A stretch of 64,000 nt of DNA from Clostridia bacterium. Its GTDB lineage: Bacteria > Bacillota > Clostridia > UBA1381 > UBA9506. Positions 47,825 through 58,351 of this stretch are shown in pieces. The position numbers and the translations under genes are program-made. The notes under the pieces were generated by a model that did no database searches, was not told the origin of the DNA, and saw only the letters and a list, made by a program, of their open reading frames with translations. The DNA lies in the NCBI GenBank assembly GCA_017416855.1, contig JAFQAZ010000022.1, forward strand, positions 41,675 to 105,674, in the 5' to 3' direction. Positions within the stretch are counted from its first letter, which is position 1, and each line of letters begins with the position of its first letter.

Positions 47825-48334
47825 TTGCATTTTAATATTTTGTTTTTCAAAAATCTGAATCAATACCAGTCCCAATATCATGCCGGCAATTCCCTGCACG
47901 GCATTAGGCAGAATATTGACTGCCGATGGAATAAAGCCGTATAAAAATCCTTCAAAAACATAATATCCCAATATCATCAATAGTTCTGCTGATAAGGAGC
48001 TTACGATTCTGCCCGGTATGTTTCCTATTTTATTAAGTAACCACCGGAAGCCAACTCCAGCTGTAACCGCCATCAAACCCTTAATCAAAAAAGTCACCGG
48101 TGCATATACCAAATATCCTGAAAGTACATCTGCCAATGCTGAACCAACAGCAGCCGACAGAAATCCAAGACCAGGTGTTAACAACCATCCGGTCAGAATC
48201 ACAACTCCATCTCCCAAATTCAAATATCCCTGCAAAATCGACGGCACCTTAATCACCATAGTGGCAATACACGTCAGTGATGCCAGCACCGCTGCAAAAA
48301 CAAGTTTTTTTACTGTTACTTTCACTTTAATCAC
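47822..48334 (-). CDS. ECF-transporter substrate-specific (S) component-like membrane protein
   Basis: It is a 170-aa protein with about 5-6 TM segments and the YLNLGDGVVILTGWLL ... GSALADVLSGY pattern seen in ECF S components. No ecfA or ecfT gene is nearby. Confidence 0.6.
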   Translation of the reverse strand: MIKVKVTVKKLVFAAVLASLTCIATMVIKVPSILQGYLNLGDGVVILTGWLLTPGLGFLSAAVGSALADVLSGYLVYAPVTFLIKGLMAVTAGVGFRWLLNKIGNIPGRIVSSLSAELLMILGYYVFEGFLYGFIPSAVNILPNAVQGIAGMILGLVLIQIFEKQNIKMQ

Positions 48335-49508
48335 TTTCTTTCTTAAGGTCTAATTGAAGAAGCAATGCCATGCTTTCTTTGGCTCTTGAATCAGGAAAAG
48401 ACCGAATCTCTTTTAAATATGTTAAAGAACGATCTCTGTGTTCTTTGAAAAAAATCAATTTGCACCACCGTTTCACTTCATAAAACGGCAAGAGCCATTT
48501 ATGTTTTTGCAAAACAGGATAATAATATTTCATCACACTATATTTCAAAAATATTTTTGCAATGGTGTTCCGCAATCTGGTTCCGTTTTCCACATTTTCC
48601 ATAGCCATAGAATTCTGCCGGCTCCCATAAATTCCCCCGGTAAAAATGTAATTCTCAATGCTGATGATTTCTTCCGGCTTTTCTGCATCATCAAACCAGG
48701 CTGCAGCCAATGCATTGATTTTTTCTTCAAAAACAGTAATGCCGCCTTTTTGCAAGAACATTTTATTTTTTTCATCATTAAATTGCCAATGCCGGCGCAA
48801 CAGCCATATATCAATCACCGAACGAATTCCACAACCACCATGAAGAAAATGTTTTGTCATATGCGCAAGCTGATAAAAGTAAAACAGTTCTGGTTCAAAC
48901 TGATAGGTATGCTTAGTGCCTTCCTGCAGATGTGCATATTGCCAAGCATCCTTCAAAACATCACAGACGTGACAGATGTTATGCTCTTCCTCAATTAAAT
49001 CAAAATGCAATTCTACTCTCATATTGCCTTCCGTAAAAAAGGAAACATCGTGAGAATAATGCTTATCAAATGTGTAGCCGCAAGTCAACACAAGTTCTAT
49101 TGCTGCATCCAGTTGTTCCGGTTTTACAAGAATATCCACATCGCAACAAGTTCTGAGCCATGGTTCACGGTACAAGCTACGTAAAACTGAGCCTTTTAAG
49201 GGAATATAATCAATCCCGTTTTCCTCAAAAAGGTTGCAAATCCTTTTAAATTCCATAGCCTGCTGATGATATTGATAGACAGAAACCATTAAATTTTCTT
49301 CATACGCTGCTTTTAATTCACCGTCATCCAGCAAATCGTTTGTTAATAATACATCCGCCACCAGTGTAGTGACCGAATGGCGCGCTGATAAAGAAAGCAC
49401 CTTAGCAAGGCTTTCATCATTTAATGACGCCACAATGTCGTTTGTTAATTTTTCTTTGTTAAAACTTGCTTGTAACAAGGCAAGCAACAAAATTTCTTCA
49501 TTTTTCAT
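48327..49508 (-). CDS. uncharacterised nucleotidyltransferase-family protein (NTP_transf_5-like)
   Basis: The block IPLKGSVLRSLYREPWLRTCCDVDILV resembles the hallmark GS...R...D-x-D of this family. It is 393 aa. Confidence 0.55.
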   Translation of the reverse strand: MKNEEILLLALLQASFNKEKLTNDIVASLNDESLAKVLSLSARHSVTTLVADVLLTNDLLDDGELKAAYEENLMVSVYQYHQQAMEFKRICNLFEENGIDYIPLKGSVLRSLYREPWLRTCCDVDILVKPEQLDAAIELVLTCGYTFDKHYSHDVSFFTEGNMRVELHFDLIEEEHNICHVCDVLKDAWQYAHLQEGTKHTYQFEPELFYFYQLAHMTKHFLHGGCGIRSVIDIWLLRRHWQFNDEKNKMFLQKGGITVFEEKINALAAAWFDDAEKPEEIISIENYIFTGGIYGSRQNSMAMENVENGTRLRNTIAKIFLKYSVMKYYYPVLQKHKWLLPFYEVKRWCKLIFFKEHRDRSLTYLKEIRSFPDSRAKESMALLLQLDLKKESD

Positions 49509-49525
49509 ACTGATACACCTATATC

Positions 49526-50758
49526 TTAATCACGTTTAAAAACATCCCTTGTATAAACCTTTTCAGCCACATCATCCAAACATGCATCATATCGATTGGC
49601 AATTATCGCCTGACTCATTTGTTTAAATCTAGCCAGGTCATTAACAATCAGGCTATTAAAAAATGTTTCTCCATCTTTAAGTGTTGGCTCGTACACAATA
49701 ACTCTGGCACCCTTTGCCTTAATGCGCTTCATTACGCCTTGTATAGAGCTTTGCCTGAAATTGTCTGAATTTGTTTTCATTGTTAAACGATAAACGCCCA
49801 CAATAACTTCTTTTTCTTTGCTCACATCATAGCTACTGTTTGCCGAATATCCACCCGCAATCTCCAAAACCCTATCTGCAATAAAATCTTTTCTTGTCCG
49901 GTTGCTTTCAACTATGGCCTGTATAATATTTTCAGGAACATCTTCATAATTTGCCAAAAGCTGTTTCGTATCCTTCGGCAAGCAATACCCACCATATCCA
50001 AAGGAAGGATTATTATAATGATTACCGATTCTTGGGTCAAGACAAACACCATCAATAATAGATTTGGTATCCAGCCCCTTTAGTTCAGCATATGTATCCA
50101 GCTCGTTAAAATAGCTCACCCGCAGCGCAAGATAAGTATTCGCAAATAGTTTCACAGCCTCTGCCTCAGAAAAACCCATATATAAGGTTTCAATATTTTC
50201 TTTCAATGCCCCGTCCTGTAATAGTTTGGCAAATGTGTGGGCTGCTTTAGTCAACGCCTCATCTTCTAAATCTGTTCCCATAATAATACGGGAAGGATAT
50301 AAATTGTCATAAAGAGCCTTGCTTTCTCTTAAAAACTCCGGCGCAAACAGTATCTTTTTGCTACCTGTTTTCTCGCGAATTTGTTCTGTAAAGCCAACCG
50401 GTATAGTAGATTTAATAACCATAATTGCTTCCGGATTATACTCCATCACTAGACCGATAACCTCTTCCACAGCCCTTGTATCAAAAAAGTGTTTTTGACT
50501 GTCATAATTAGTCGGGGCGGCAATAATAACGAACTCCGCATCACTATAGGCACTCTTTGCATCCAGCGTAGCTGTTAAATGCAATGTTTTTTCAGCAAAA
50601 TACTTTTCAATATATTCATCCTGTATAGGGCTGATTCTCCGATTAATTTTTTCTACCTTTTCAGGCACAACATCAACTGCTACCACTTCATTATGTTGAG
50701 CTAACAGCACTGCTAATGATAAGCCTACATACCCAGTTCCTGCTATTGCTATTTTCAT
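49526..50758 (-). CDS. ugd: UDP-glucose 6-dehydrogenase
   Basis: It has [14 protein letters not shown] (Rossmann) and a catalytic Cys in [10 protein letters not shown]. The start was set at 50758, avoiding overlap with the upstream gene. Confidence 0.85.
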   Translation of the reverse strand: MKIAIAGTGYVGLSLAVLLAQHNEVVAVDVVPEKVEKINRRISPIQDEYIEKYFAEKTLHLTATLDAKSAYSDAEFVIIAAPTNYDSQKHFFDTRAVEEVIGLVMEYNPEAIMVIKSTIPVGFTEQIREKTGSKKILFAPEFLRESKALYDNLYPSRIIMGTDLEDEALTKAAHTFAKLLQDGALKENIETLYMGFSEAEAVKLFANTYLALRVSYFNELDTYAELKGLDTKSIIDGVCLDPRIGNHYNNPSFGYGGYCLPKDTKQLLANYEDVPENIIQAIVESNRTRKDFIADRVLEIAGGYSANSSYDVSKEKEVIVGVYRLTMKTNSDNFRQSSIQGVMKRIKAKGARVIVYEPTLKDGETFFNSLIVNDLARFKQMSQAIIANRYDACLDDVAEKVYTRDVFKRD

Positions 50759-50777
50759 AATTCTACCCTTTCCATCT

Positions 50778-51848
50778 TTAAATCCTATAGTATTCCCTAT
50801 ACCACCTTGCAAAGCACCTTAACCCTTCGCGCAAGCTCGTGCTTGGCTTAAAGCCAAAATCACGCTCTAATGCTGATGTATCTGCATATGTCACCGGCAC
50901 ATCACCCGCTTGCATAGGTACTAATTTTTTATGTGCTTCAAAGTCGTAGTCTTCCGGCAACACTCCGGCAGATACTAATTCTTCACTTAAAATCTGCACA
51001 AAATCTAATAGATTTTCCGGATTGCTATTACCAATGTTATATACACGATAAGGAGGAATAGGTAAGCCATCTTCCCCGTTTTTCTTTTCTGGCGCATGCT
51101 CCATAACTAAGGACACGCCTTTCACAATATCATCCACAAAGGTAAAGTCACGCTTACAGTTTCCGAAATTAAAAATTTCAATCGTGTCACCCTTTAAAAG
51201 CTTGTTGGTAAATCCGAAATATGCCATATCCGGCCGTCCTGCCGGGCCATATACCGTAAAGAAGCGCAAGCCCGTAGAGGGAATGTTATACAGCTTGGAA
51301 TAGGCATGCGCCATCAGTTCATTTGATTTTTTCGTAGCTGCATATAAACTCACCGGATTATCTACCTGATCTTCAGTGGAATAAGGCACTTTTTTATTAG
51401 AACCATACACAGAGGAAGAAGATGCATATACCAGATGCTCTACCGGGTAATGACGGCAAGCCTCTAAAATATTATAAAAGCCAATTAAATTTGATTCAAT
51501 ATACACATCGGGATTGGTAATGGAATACCGAACACCAGCCTGAGCTGCCAGATTTACTACCACAACAGGCTTATACTCTTTAAAACAATCTTCAATCAGC
51601 GCTTTATCACCAATACTACCACGGATAAAGGTCCACTGGCAATTGGTATTTTTTACTGCTTTTTCTATTTCTGCTAAACGAAATTCCTTAATAGAAACAT
51701 CGTAATAATCATTCATGTTATCAATGCCAATAATCTGAAGATTTTCGTAATCTCTAAGAAGCGCAAGCACCAGATTGGCACCAACAAACCCTGCTGCACC
51801 GGTAACCAGTACTGTTTTACCATTTAAAAAAACATTCTGTTCTAACAT
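50778..51848 (-). CDS. NAD-dependent epimerase, UDP-glucuronate 4-epimerase-like
   Basis: It has [14 protein letters not shown] and YAATKKSNE (YxxxK), an extended-SDR length of 356 aa, and sits next to ugd. Confidence 0.75.
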   Translation of the reverse strand: MLEQNVFLNGKTVLVTGAAGFVGANLVLALLRDYENLQIIGIDNMNDYYDVSIKEFRLAEIEKAVKNTNCQWTFIRGSIGDKALIEDCFKEYKPVVVVNLAAQAGVRYSITNPDVYIESNLIGFYNILEACRHYPVEHLVYASSSSVYGSNKKVPYSTEDQVDNPVSLYAATKKSNELMAHAYSKLYNIPSTGLRFFTVYGPAGRPDMAYFGFTNKLLKGDTIEIFNFGNCKRDFTFVDDIVKGVSLVMEHAPEKKNGEDGLPIPPYRVYNIGNSNPENLLDFVQILSEELVSAGVLPEDYDFEAHKKLVPMQAGDVPVTYADTSALERDFGFKPSTSLREGLRCFARWYREYYRI

Positions 51849-52375
51849 ACTGCTTTTTTCCTCCTTGCCTTATAGATAAGCAAAATAACAAATAAAACCA
51901 TCAATAAGCCAAAAGTAGCGCCACTAAAATCAATGAAAACGTCTGCTATTTTGCTTGTTCTGCCGGTAAAGCTTTGAATAAATTCATCCGTAACTGCAAC
52001 CAGAAGTGAAATGAGTAGCGGCAAGCTGACAAATATCTTTGCCGTTTTCCCGTAAGCACAGGCCATCGTGCCACCCAGAGCAAGACCAAGGAGAAAAAAT
52101 TCAAAAAAATGGGCGGCCTTTCGCACATACTCATTAAAATCCTTCTTATCTATTTTTTCTTCAGGGTCAACAATCGGTTTAATTTCTTCTACGATTTCAT
52201 TGCTTCTTTCATTGGAAACCTGGCTGGTCTGTGAGGAATTATAAAAAATATAACCCACCACCAGCATTGCCAACAAAGAAAAAATAATGATGCCAATCAA
52301 ATATTTATCTGCCCGAAAAATATACCATTTCTTAAACAATTTTGATTCCCCTATATTCCTTCTGCACTTTTTCAT
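51842..52375 (-). CDS. VanZ-family membrane protein
   Basis: It has the AAHFFEFFLLG ... TDEFIQSFTGRTSKIADVFIDFSGATFG signature. The start is uncertain: ATG 52375 lies inside the upstream gene, and the alternative TTG is at 52339. Confidence 0.6.
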   Translation of the reverse strand: MKKCRRNIGESKLFKKWYIFRADKYLIGIIIFSLLAMLVVGYIFYNSSQTSQVSNERSNEIVEEIKPIVDPEEKIDKKDFNEYVRKAAHFFEFFLLGLALGGTMACAYGKTAKIFVSLPLLISLLVAVTDEFIQSFTGRTSKIADVFIDFSGATFGLLMVLFVILLIYKARRKKAVC

Positions 52376-53072
52376 AACTATCCAAATCACCAATATCAAA
52401 ACGCTTACCGGGCATTTCAAAAGCATATACCCGTGTATTATGACACATCCAGGTAACCAAGCTGCCGGGTGCATCCACACCGCAACCTTCCTTAATAGCG
52501 CGGGTAAGTTGTGCAATATCATCTTTCATATATACATAAAACGGAGGACAACACCAATTTGTTTTTGGTTCTTTTGGTTTTTCCACTAAATCAATAATCC
52601 GTCCGTCTTTTTCAATCTCCATTACACCGCATTTCCTGAGACAAGCTACATCCGACTCAAAATACCGCATAACGGCACTTGCATTCTTTTCTTTGGCATA
52701 CTCAATAAATAAATTCAAAGAAAAGTCTAAAATATTATCGCCGGCAATGACCAGCACATCGTCATTAATGTTCAGTGTTTCGATGGCAAACTGAATATCA
52801 CGAACAGCACCCAAACGGGTTTCATTCGATTCCGTGCCGTCATCCACTACTGTAATTTTATAAGATTTTTCTTTTGCCCATTTTTCGAAATGGCTCACAA
52901 ATTTATGGTTGGAAATCACCACAAATTCACTAATGTGGCCACCTTTTGCCAAATCATCTGTCAAATGGTCTAAAATTGTCTTTTCCCCCACTTTTAAAAG
53001 AGGCTTAGGGAAATTCTCAGTTAAAGGATACAGTCTTGTGGCATAACCTGCCGCTAAAATTAAGCAAATCAT
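52332..53072 (-). CDS. sugar-1-phosphate nucleotidyltransferase
   Basis: It has the LILAAGYATRLYPLTENFPKPLL (GxGxR ... K) N-terminal signature of the NTP_transferase family. Confidence 0.75.
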   Translation of the reverse strand: MICLILAAGYATRLYPLTENFPKPLLKVGEKTILDHLTDDLAKGGHISEFVVISNHKFVSHFEKWAKEKSYKITVVDDGTESNETRLGAVRDIQFAIETLNINDDVLVIAGDNILDFSLNLFIEYAKEKNASAVMRYFESDVACLRKCGVMEIEKDGRIIDLVEKPKEPKTNWCCPPFYVYMKDDIAQLTRAIKEGCGVDAPGSLVTWMCHNTRVYAFEMPGKRFDIGDLDSYEKVQKEYRGIKIV

Positions 53073-53084
53073 AGGGATTCTCCT

Positions 53085-54269
53085 TTACTTTATCTTACAA
53101 CCGTCTGCCGATTTACAAAAATGAACTGAAAACGTTTCCTTATACTGAGGAAAGGCTTCCAGATACTCTTTTGTAACGGTCTGTTTAATGCTTTCTTTAA
53201 AGGATGGGTCAACAAGCGCCATACAGCAACCCTTAAAACCGGCGCCGCTGAAACGGCCACCATAAATACCATCGGTTGTCTTCATAATTTCATATATTTT
53301 TTTAAGCTCTGGAGAGCCGGTTTCCCAGTTTACAATAGAACTTTCGCCACTTTCAAAAGAAAGTCTGCCGTAAGTTTCCAAATCACCTTTACGCCAAGCC
53401 TCTACACCGGCTTCAACTCGCCGATATTCAGAATACCAATGCTCTGCCCGCTTCCGCCAGGGATCCGGCAGCTTATGACCATATTTTTCAAATACATCAT
53501 AAGGTACGTCACGCAAGAAGGTTTCAGGGAATTTGCCGTATTCCATACCGGCAAAAGCCTTTAAGGCATAAGCCGCACTGCGACATTCATCCACACGCAT
53601 ATTAAAGGCAGTCCCCTGCAAGGTACGCTCCACACCGCTAAAGAAGATGGCAATTTCATATGGCTTCATATCAGGATGCTGCGGAATCAGTTCATAGGAA
53701 TCATCCTTTGTATCCAGATACAACAAATGATTCTTTTTGCTGTATACCTCACAGGATTGGTCCAGCTTACCACAGGATACACCCACATATTTATTTTCTG
53801 CGTTAAGGGCCATTAAAATCAATTCATTTTTAGAGGTTTTAATGCCGTTGATTGAGCAAAGAGCAGATAAAAAAGCCAAAATGACAGCTGCAGAAGAGGA
53901 CAAACCGCCAATGGGCAAACTGCCTTCAATAACACCACAAAGGCCCACATGTAGCGGATATTTCTGCGACAGCATTAAGGTTGCACCACGCAAATAATCT
54001 GCCCAGTCGTTCTGCTTTTCCTTTGGTACCTGAGTAATGTGGAACTGAGCCCGCTTGTCAAACTGCATAGAAACCAGTTCAATCACGCCATTTTGTTTCG
54101 GTTTATAAGCAATAGAAATCCCCTTATTAATGGCAAAACCGGTTACCTTACCATACTGATGGTCAGAATGAGCACCAATGGGACAAACACGATAGGGGCA
54201 AAAAGCAACCCCTTCCGGTGTTTGATTATAAATACTCTCAAATCTTTCTTCGCATTTCATAAAATACAC
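53085..54269 (-). CDS. GHMP-family sugar kinase, galactokinase/galacturonokinase-like
   Basis: The sugar-binding block PYRVCPIGAHSDHQYG resembles the GalAK-type GAHxDHQxG rather than the GalK GEHTDY. It also has GHMP motif II (LPIGGLSSSAAV). Confidence 0.7.
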   Translation of the reverse strand: MYFMKCEERFESIYNQTPEGVAFCPYRVCPIGAHSDHQYGKVTGFAINKGISIAYKPKQNGVIELVSMQFDKRAQFHITQVPKEKQNDWADYLRGATLMLSQKYPLHVGLCGVIEGSLPIGGLSSSAAVILAFLSALCSINGIKTSKNELILMALNAENKYVGVSCGKLDQSCEVYSKKNHLLYLDTKDDSYELIPQHPDMKPYEIAIFFSGVERTLQGTAFNMRVDECRSAAYALKAFAGMEYGKFPETFLRDVPYDVFEKYGHKLPDPWRKRAEHWYSEYRRVEAGVEAWRKGDLETYGRLSFESGESSIVNWETGSPELKKIYEIMKTTDGIYGGRFSGAGFKGCCMALVDPSFKESIKQTVTKEYLEAFPQYKETFSVHFCKSADGCKIK

Positions 54270-54277
54270 CCTTAATT

Positions 54278-55306
54278 TTAAATAATGTCTCTCTTCCCAT
54301 ACATTTTTTCATAGTAATTCTGATATTCACCACGAAGGATAGTCTCCCACCATTCACGGTTTTCTAAATACCAGTTCACGGTTTTCACAATGCCGTCATC
54401 GAACATGGTGTCCGGCTCCCAACCTAAATCGTTTTTAATTTTCGTGGGGTCAATGGCATAGCGCAAATCGTGACCCTTTCTGTCGGTCACAAAGGTAATT
54501 AAATCTTCGCTTTTTCCCAATAATTCCAGAATCTTTTTTACAATATAAATATTGGTCTTTTCGTTATGACCACCGATGTTATAAACCTCACCCACCTTGC
54601 CGTCATGAATAATCATATCAATGGCCTTACAATGGTCCTCCACATAGAGCCAGTCACGAACATTCAATCCTTCGCCATACACCGGTAGCGGTTTATCATT
54701 TAATGCATTGGCAATCATTAAAGGAATCAGTTTTTCCGGGAAATGATACGGCCCATAGTTATTGGAACAGCGGGAAATGGTAATAGGCAAACCAAAGGTT
54801 CTGTGATATGCCTGCACCAACAAATCAGCAGAAGCCTTGCTGGCACTATAGGGGCTGGATGTGTGAATGGGTGTTTCCTCCGTAAAGAATAAATCCGGTC
54901 TGTCTAAAGGCAAATCGCCATACACCTCGTCGGTAGATACCTGATGATACCGCTTAATGCCATATTTCCGGCAGGCATCCATCAAGGTTTGGGTTCCTAA
55001 AATATTTGTCTTTAAAAAGATGCCCGGATCTTCAATAGAACGATCCACATGGCTTTCAGCTGCAAAGTTTACCACAATGTCAAACTGCTCTTTCGCAAAC
55101 AGCTCAAAAACCAGTTCACGGTCTGCAATATCACCTTTCACAAAGGTAAACCGTTCATTTTTTAAAGCCTCATCAAGAGTTTTTAAATTGCCCGCATAGG
55201 TTAAAGCATCCAGACACACAAGGTCATAATCGGGATGCTTTTTAAGCATATAATACACAAAGTTTGAGCCAATAAAGCCGGCACCGCCTGTGATTAAAAT
55301 TTTCAT
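54278..55306 (-). CDS. rfbB: dTDP-glucose 4,6-dehydratase
   Basis: It has ITGGAGFIGSNF, STDEVYG and YSASKASAD, and is 342 aa. Confidence 0.9.
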   Translation of the reverse strand: MKILITGGAGFIGSNFVYYMLKKHPDYDLVCLDALTYAGNLKTLDEALKNERFTFVKGDIADRELVFELFAKEQFDIVVNFAAESHVDRSIEDPGIFLKTNILGTQTLMDACRKYGIKRYHQVSTDEVYGDLPLDRPDLFFTEETPIHTSSPYSASKASADLLVQAYHRTFGLPITISRCSNNYGPYHFPEKLIPLMIANALNDKPLPVYGEGLNVRDWLYVEDHCKAIDMIIHDGKVGEVYNIGGHNEKTNIYIVKKILELLGKSEDLITFVTDRKGHDLRYAIDPTKIKNDLGWEPDTMFDDGIVKTVNWYLENREWWETILRGEYQNYYEKMYGKRDII

Positions 55307-55308
55307 CC

Positions 55309-56175
55309 TTATTCCTCCACTAAGGACAGCAAATACTGACCATAATCCGTCATTTTCAGTTCTTCACCCAACGCTTTTAGCTGAGCATCATTAATAAACC
55401 CACGCCGCCAGGCGATTTCTTCTAAACAAGATATGTAAAAACCCTGCATTTCCTGCACCGTCTGCACGAATTCACTGGCTTTAATCATGCCAGCCGGTGT
55501 GCCCGTATCCAGCCAGGCCATACCACGGGGCATAATTTTAACCTGCAAATCGCCACGCTGCAAATATACATTATTCACAGCCGTAATCTCATACTCTCCT
55601 CTAGCTGAAAGTGGTACATTTTTCGCAATTTCCACAACTTCATTGTTGTAAAAATAGAGCCCCGGCACAGCATAATCAGACTTTGGCTGTTTTGGCTTTT
55701 CTTCAATAGAAAGCACCTTGCCGGTTTTATCAAACTCTACCACACCAAAAGCCGTGGGATTTTTCACCATATAGCCAAAAATAGTGGCACCTTTTAAATT
55801 ATCCTGTGCTGCCCTGAGCATTTTGGTAAAGTCTTTACCATAAAAAATATTATCGCCCAGAATCAAGCAAACATCATCATTGCCGATAAACTCTTCGCCA
55901 ATGATAAAAGCCTGAGCTAAACCCTTGGGCGCTTCCTGCACCTTGTAAGAAAGAGAGATGCCAAGCTTGGAGCCATCACCTAAAAGTTCTTCATACATAG
56001 GTAGGTCCACCGGTGTGGAAATGATTAAAATCTCCCTGATTCCGGCTAACAACAAGGTGGATAAGGGATAATAAATCATAGGCTTGTCATAAATAGGAAG
56101 TAACTGCTTGGAAACCACTTTTGTCATAGGATAGAGTCTTGTGCCACGACCACCAGCTAAGATAATTCCTTTCAT
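55309..56175 (-). CDS. rfbA: glucose-1-phosphate thymidylyltransferase
   Basis: The run [39 protein letters not shown] is nearly colinear with RmlA. Confidence 0.9.
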   Translation of the reverse strand: MKGIILAGGRGTRLYPMTKVVSKQLLPIYDKPMIYYPLSTLLLAGIREILIISTPVDLPMYEELLGDGSKLGISLSYKVQEAPKGLAQAFIIGEEFIGNDDVCLILGDNIFYGKDFTKMLRAAQDNLKGATIFGYMVKNPTAFGVVEFDKTGKVLSIEEKPKQPKSDYAVPGLYFYNNEVVEIAKNVPLSARGEYEITAVNNVYLQRGDLQVKIMPRGMAWLDTGTPAGMIKASEFVQTVQEMQGFYISCLEEIAWRRGFINDAQLKALGEELKMTDYGQYLLSLVEE

Positions 56176-57251
56176 TTAAGCTCTCCCTTCCTCTTAAGAC
56201 ATATTTTATCATATAGTTTAAAAACAGGTTTTTCAATCCATTTGATTCTACACATATCTATCAAAGTACAAACAGTGTATATGGCTAAAACAGAAATAGT
56301 TGCGTGAAGCCATAGCAAATTGGATTCAAAAAACTTAGCATTCTGCAAAACATCTTCCCATAACCACTGCCGCATTGCAGCGCCATTGGCATGAATACAC
56401 AAAACGCCAAAAGCTGATGTCGCAATTGTATTAATACTTTTGCGATAACCGATTTTTAAGTTTTTAAAATACATAAAGGCACAAACAGCGGTTATAACGG
56501 CCAAGGGCCTATTAGAATCCGATACGAAGTAATAATAAATACTCATATTTAACTTTTTAGAGAGCCAGGTGCACACCAAAACGCTCCCCCATGAAAGAAT
56601 AAGTGAAATAACCGTTGCAGTCCCCCAAATTTTATTGTTGGAAAACCAGGATTCTTCATATAATCTTAAATAAGAACCAATAAAATAAATGACGATAAAC
56701 CATGTTATATAATTAAATTCTACTGCAAAAACTGTTCCCAGTATCGTATACACAAACAAGCACAAAGCAATTAACAATAAATGTAGTTTTTTATTCATGC
56801 CGCGAACAGCGATATTCAAAAACGGAATGAATAAATAAAAAAGTAAATAAGCAGAAATAAATCCTCTTGATACACCTGTTATCGGCAACAAGGACTTAAG
56901 CATTGTTTTGATGCCAAAGGGTTGATAACCGGTTAATGTGAAAATCAAATAAAAGATAACTTTATACAGTTCTACCCATAAAAGCAGCTTTAAAAACTTC
57001 TTAAGGGTAATTTTAGAATTGCACATAAAATAGCCGGTAATCAGTACAAAACAGTTAATCCCCGTTTTTCCTCCCCAACCAAACAAAAGCAAGAAAATAG
57101 AGTTAGCGGTCAAAGCTCCTTCATAAACTAACTCTTTTAAATTAGAGTTAATAAAATAGTGATGCGCTACAATCACAAGCATTGTAATGATTCTGAAAAG
57201 CTCAATTCCTGATTCACGTTTTGTTTGCGTCATTATAATAAGCTCCTTCAC
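56172..57251 (-). CDS. acyltransferase-3 family membrane O-acyltransferase
   Basis: It has about 10 TM segments and the N-terminal [17 protein letters not shown] motif typical of acyltransferase_3. Confidence 0.75.
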   Translation of the reverse strand: MKELIIMTQTKRESGIELFRIITMLVIVAHHYFINSNLKELVYEGALTANSIFLLLFGWGGKTGINCFVLITGYFMCNSKITLKKFLKLLLWVELYKVIFYLIFTLTGYQPFGIKTMLKSLLPITGVSRGFISAYLLFYLFIPFLNIAVRGMNKKLHLLLIALCLFVYTILGTVFAVEFNYITWFIVIYFIGSYLRLYEESWFSNNKIWGTATVISLILSWGSVLVCTWLSKKLNMSIYYYFVSDSNRPLAVITAVCAFMYFKNLKIGYRKSINTIATSAFGVLCIHANGAAMRQWLWEDVLQNAKFFESNLLWLHATISVLAIYTVCTLIDMCRIKWIEKPVFKLYDKICLKRKGELK

Positions 57252-58351
57252 TGTAAAATAATATCACAAATCGAATTCACTTCATCTATGGTTAAATCAG
57301 CATAAAGGGGAAGAGTGAGCACCTGTTCTGCCACTTTTTTTGCCACAGGGGTGCTTTGTATGATAAATTTACCCTTATAGCAAGCAAAAGAACTGGTTAA
57401 GGGATAGAAATATTTCCGGGCAAAAATACCATTATCGCCCAGCATCTGTGCCACTTCATCACGTGATTTACCAAACGCTTTTTCATCAAACAGAACCGGA
57501 AAATAAGCATAATTATGTTTCACCCCGTCTTGAGGTTTCCACACGGTTAAACCTTTTATGCCCTCTAACCTCTCAATATATTGTTCTGCTGCTGCTTTTC
57601 TCTTCCCAATCTCTCCCGCTACATGGCGCAGATTGCAAAGGCCCATAGCCGCCTGAAATTCATTCATCTTACCGTTACCAGCAATTTCAGGATAGCTTTC
57701 TGCATTCTCCATGCCAAAGTTTTTCTGAATCTGCAGTTTCTTCGTCAGGTCGTCATTACCATAAGTCACACAACCACCCTCAATGGTATTAAATACCTTA
57801 GTGGCATGAAAACTAAACATAGAAGCATCACCAAAACCGCCGATACCCCGCTCATCAAACTCTACACCGAACACGTGAGCCGCATCATATATCACTTTTA
57901 AATTATATTTTTTTGCAATCTTTTCAATACCATACACATCGCACACATTGCCGTAAACGTGAACCGGCACAATGGCACAGGTCTTATCTGTTATAAGCGC
58001 CTCAATTTTAGAAACATCTATGGTGTAATTCTCCGGGTTAATGTCACAAAACACCGGTGTTAAGCCGTTGCGTACAATAGCCTGAGTGGTGGACGCAAAG
58101 GTAAAAGGCGTGGTGATTACTTCGCCGGAAAGTCCCATAGACGCAATGGCCGCCTCCAAAGCCAAATGACCATTAGTAAAAAGAGAAACATTCTCTACTT
58201 TTAAATAGTCACAAAGTTTCCCTTCCAACTCCTTATGCTTTTCACCCATATTGGTGAGCCAACGACTCTCCCATAGAGGCTCGATTTCTTTTATATATTC
58301 TTCAAAGCCGGGCATTGAAGAACGGGTTACGTTGATTTTCATTTGTTTCAC
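57248..58351 (-). CDS. DegT/DnrJ/EryC1/StrS-family PLP sugar aminotransferase
   Basis: It has the PLP lysine block SFHATK and the TTPFTFASTT block. It is 367 aa and lies downstream of rfbAB. Confidence 0.85.
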   Translation of the reverse strand: MKQMKINVTRSSMPGFEEYIKEIEPLWESRWLTNMGEKHKELEGKLCDYLKVENVSLFTNGHLALEAAIASMGLSGEVITTPFTFASTTQAIVRNGLTPVFCDINPENYTIDVSKIEALITDKTCAIVPVHVYGNVCDVYGIEKIAKKYNLKVIYDAAHVFGVEFDERGIGGFGDASMFSFHATKVFNTIEGGCVTYGNDDLTKKLQIQKNFGMENAESYPEIAGNGKMNEFQAAMGLCNLRHVAGEIGKRKAAAEQYIERLEGIKGLTVWKPQDGVKHNYAYFPVLFDEKAFGKSRDEVAQMLGDNGIFARKYFYPLTSSFACYKGKFIIQSTPVAKKVAEQVLTLPLYADLTIDEVNSICDIILQ

